DNA from: Mobula hypostoma
Lineage: Eukaryota
DNA: 64,000 nt
Assembly: GCF_963921235.1 (NCBI RefSeq)
Contig: NC_086098.1
Location: forward strand, 6,882,001-6,946,000
Direction: 5' to 3'
Under the pieces are notes generated by a model. The model saw only the letters and a program-made list of their open reading frames with translations. It was not told the origin of the DNA and did not search any database. A program made the position numbers and the translations under genes. This document shows, in pieces, positions 61,041 through 64,000 of the stretch; within the stretch, counting starts at the first letter, position 1, and each line of letters opens with the position of its first letter.

Positions 61041-62741
61041 CTACAGTACATATAACTCACACACAACACATAAAGTAATATTACCAGAAATACCTTAACA
61101 AATAACAAAATATATTCCAGAAGATTGACATTTAGCAGAAGTTGCATTTATGACACACGTTAAAATGTAAACAGTATAACTCTGCTGGTGTTCCATACCT
61201 TTGGAGACCTGGGTGGTGGCAGGGAGTTTAGTAGTCTCACAGCTGGGAGGAAGAAGCTGTTTCCCATCTTTACAGTTCTTGGCCTAATGCTACGGTACCT
61301 CCTGCCTGATGGTAGGGGGTCAGAGAGATTGTTGGATGGATGGGAGGGATCACTGACAATACTCAGGGTCCTGTGTATGCAGTACTTCTGATAAATATCT
61401 CAAATGAGGAAAGAGGGACCCCATTGATCTTCTCAGCAGCCCTTGGCATCCTTGGTAGGGATTGTGACCGGTTGCCTTGCAACTCCCATATCAGATGGTG
61501 CCACTGGTCAAGGCATGCTCGATAGTGCTCCTGTGAAAATTGGATAGAATGGGAGGTGGGGGAGAGGCTCGCTTGCCTCACTCTCACCGGGAAGTGGAGA
61601 TGCTGCTGTCTGCTCTTGATTATTGTTATATGGAGTATTTTCCAAGGAATCCTTGTCCTAAGGCAAGTAAGTCCTGCCTGATGGTAGGGGGTCAAAAAGA
61701 TTGTGGAGGGAATAGCAAGCAAGATCGCAAGATAGTGTAGCATAACAAATTTCAATAAAATAAATGCACTCTACAAAATTGTGTGCAGCTGTAACGCTCC
61801 AATTAATAGAACCTTTTTTAGTGCCTTGGTCAGAACCCCTCTGGAGTACTGTGTAGACCTTTGGGCAACGCGCTAAAGGAAGAGGCTTCTCCTGCAGATT
61901 TACCCTTAATGATACCAGGATTTAAAAGATACAATGGTAAGGACACACGTTACAGACATAATTATTTATTTTTTTAAGTTAGCATGTCTCTGTTATTACT
62001 TTTAAAATGTTATTTCAAAGTTCAAAGTATGTTCATTATCAAAGTATGTGTACTATATACAACCTTGAGATTCATTTCCTGACAGGATCCACAGAACAAT
62101 GAAAGCCAAAAGAACCCATATGAGAAAGACCGTCGAACTCCCAATGTGCAGAGAAGAAGAACATATCAAGCAAATAGTAACTGCAAGTACATAGCATTGT
62201 GAACTGAAGTCCACGAAGAGAGTCCCATTGTTCAGCTTAGTTCAGTTCAGAGCCAAGTTGTGGAACAGCAATCTAAACACCAGCTTGTCTCTTGCCTGAG
62301 GCCTCAACACCTTGACTTTTACCATCTTGTCTGACTCCTAAATCATCAACCAAACATCGGGTACAATTGCTTCGATATGCTCTGGGCTCAGGACCGTGCC
62401 ACCTCGATTCAGCCTGTACCTAACCTTTCTGATTCGGCCCGGTGCTTAAATCTCTGTTCAGACATCGAGTTCAGTTGCCCCAATCCTCTCCGGTGCCTGG
62501 ACCCCATTACCTCGATTCAGCCTGGACCTGATCTTTCTGATTCGTCCCTGTGCTAAGTCTCTGTCCAAACACTGAGTTCAGTTGATTGTGCCCAGACGAT
62601 GCTGCCTCTATTCGGTCTTTGGCACAGCACTTAAATTGATCAAACCTCAGCTCTTCCTCGTACATTGAATTGCCTTTAAGTCCAAAGGGAAGTTATTTGC
62701 GTTGATTGTTTGCCAGAAAAGGTGTGATAAACAAAGAATTT

Positions 62742-63527
62742 AGGTTCAAAGGTACATTTAAGGTCAGAGAAATGTATACAATATACATCCTGAAATGCTT
62801 TTTCTTCGCAGCCATCTATGGAAACGGAGGAGTTCCCCAAAGGATGAATGACAGTTAAATGTTAGAACCCCAAAGTCCCCCCCCCATGCATAAGCGGCAG
62901 CAAGCAACAAACCCCCTCCCCCCACCGGCAAAAATAAAGGGCACCCGCTACCAGCACTCAAGTGTGAGCAAAGCAATAACAAAGACACAAGACTTACAGT
63001 TATCCCAAAGACTACATTGTTCACCCGGTAATTCGACATGCTGCAGGCTCTCTCTCTCCTAATAAGGGAGAAAGAGGTGACTCCATTCCATCTTCCAGCA
63101 AGCGGGGAGACATAACGAACAAATCGCTGGATTACGATGTTAGAAGTCCATTACGTTGCTTTTTCCGAGCTCCGTGCCTGGAGATCGCAAGGATCCCGGG
63201 TCCGTAGGCACACGGTAAATGTTCTGACTCCCCCAACGACACACACCTGTGGTGACCCCAACCCTTGATTCACCCGTCTCCAGTTACTCAAGATCCTGGG
63301 CTTGTGAAACTGTGCCGAAATCTTCGGCCGAGACTTTGGCATGCCGAATAGCGGCTGATTGTGGAACTGTGAGAGCGGGTCCCATTCCTGCAAAGAACTG
63401 TCGTCAGCATCTAACTCCAGGTCAGGGTCTTCCAAAGAACCCTGAAAGGGAAAAATAGAGATATTAAAGATGGAAATAGGACTGTTTTCGAAGATGTAAG
63501 CAAAGGAGTCGCCGTGGGGCGCCATAA
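62742..63527 (-). mobile_element. GC-rich non-autonomous retroposon with ttgaacc-type tail
   Basis: 3' end resembles the abundant (aagttc)aaagtacatttattatc...gagattc repeat tails seen throughout the window; 5' end atggcgcccc on -. Confidence 0.45.
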
Positions 63528-64000
63528 CTATTTAGCTCCTATTTAATTTAATTTAGTTGTTGTCCTTGTTTCATTAGTCACCAGGGCCATCTTAAACCAG
63601 AATTTGTCATTTTCCCTGTCGGATTCTTTGAAAAACTAATACCACTAATGACACCAACTTTATTTGGAGATACAGCGCAGAGCAGCCCTTCCGACCTAAC
63701 AAGCCACACTGCCCAGCCACCTATCTGTTTAACCCTCGCCTAGTCACAGGACAAGCTTCAATCCCTCATGTCTTTGGAATGTGGGAGGAAACCACAGCAC
63801 CCAGAGGAGGTACAAGCTCCTTATAAATCGTGTCGGAATGGAGCTCCAAACTCTGGAATGCCCCAAGCTGTAATAGCATCGTGCTAACCTCTATGCCCAA
63901 TTCACTTTCTGTTTCTAATATTTATATTAGACATCAAGCCTTGATGATGACTGTTAGTGATATTATTGCAAGAATATTTGACTATTTATACCTCACTGTT

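Noticed and set aside
10925..64000. Next EphA7 exon (second FN3 domain) or a nested host gene
   Set aside because: No matching peptide found by eye or in the ORF track; the remaining ORFs are repeat-derived, antisense to repeats or low complexity. A short exon could have been missed.

Overview
Eukaryotic, repeat-dense vertebrate genomic DNA. The repeat content (CR1 LINEs, V-SINE-like SINEs, Penelope and Rex/Babar elements) suggests a cartilaginous fish such as a ray or shark, but that is inference. The only host coding sequence I can support is two consecutive + strand exons of an EphA7-type ephrin receptor: 8381-8536 (Cys-rich/EGF-like) and 10431-10766 (first FN3). I did not find the next exon, so the rest appears to be intron filled with nested retroelements and DNA-transposon remnants. 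Most notable: (1) a near-intact CR1 LINE (36061-39583) whose ORF1 ends in a correctly phased U-UUA-AAC slippery heptamer in front of an AUG-less -1 frame ORF2, with the same motif in a second, diverged CR1 copy, suggesting programmed -1 frameshifting; (2) about 15 Penelope-derived terminal modules carrying minimal hammerhead-ribozyme motifs, several inserted as stand-alone inverted cassettes with target-site duplications; (3) an open read-through of the FN3 exon into the intron, resembling a truncated EphA7 isoform; (4) several long fold-back hairpins. Boundaries of decayed repeats are approximate and family names come from motif recognition, not database searches.
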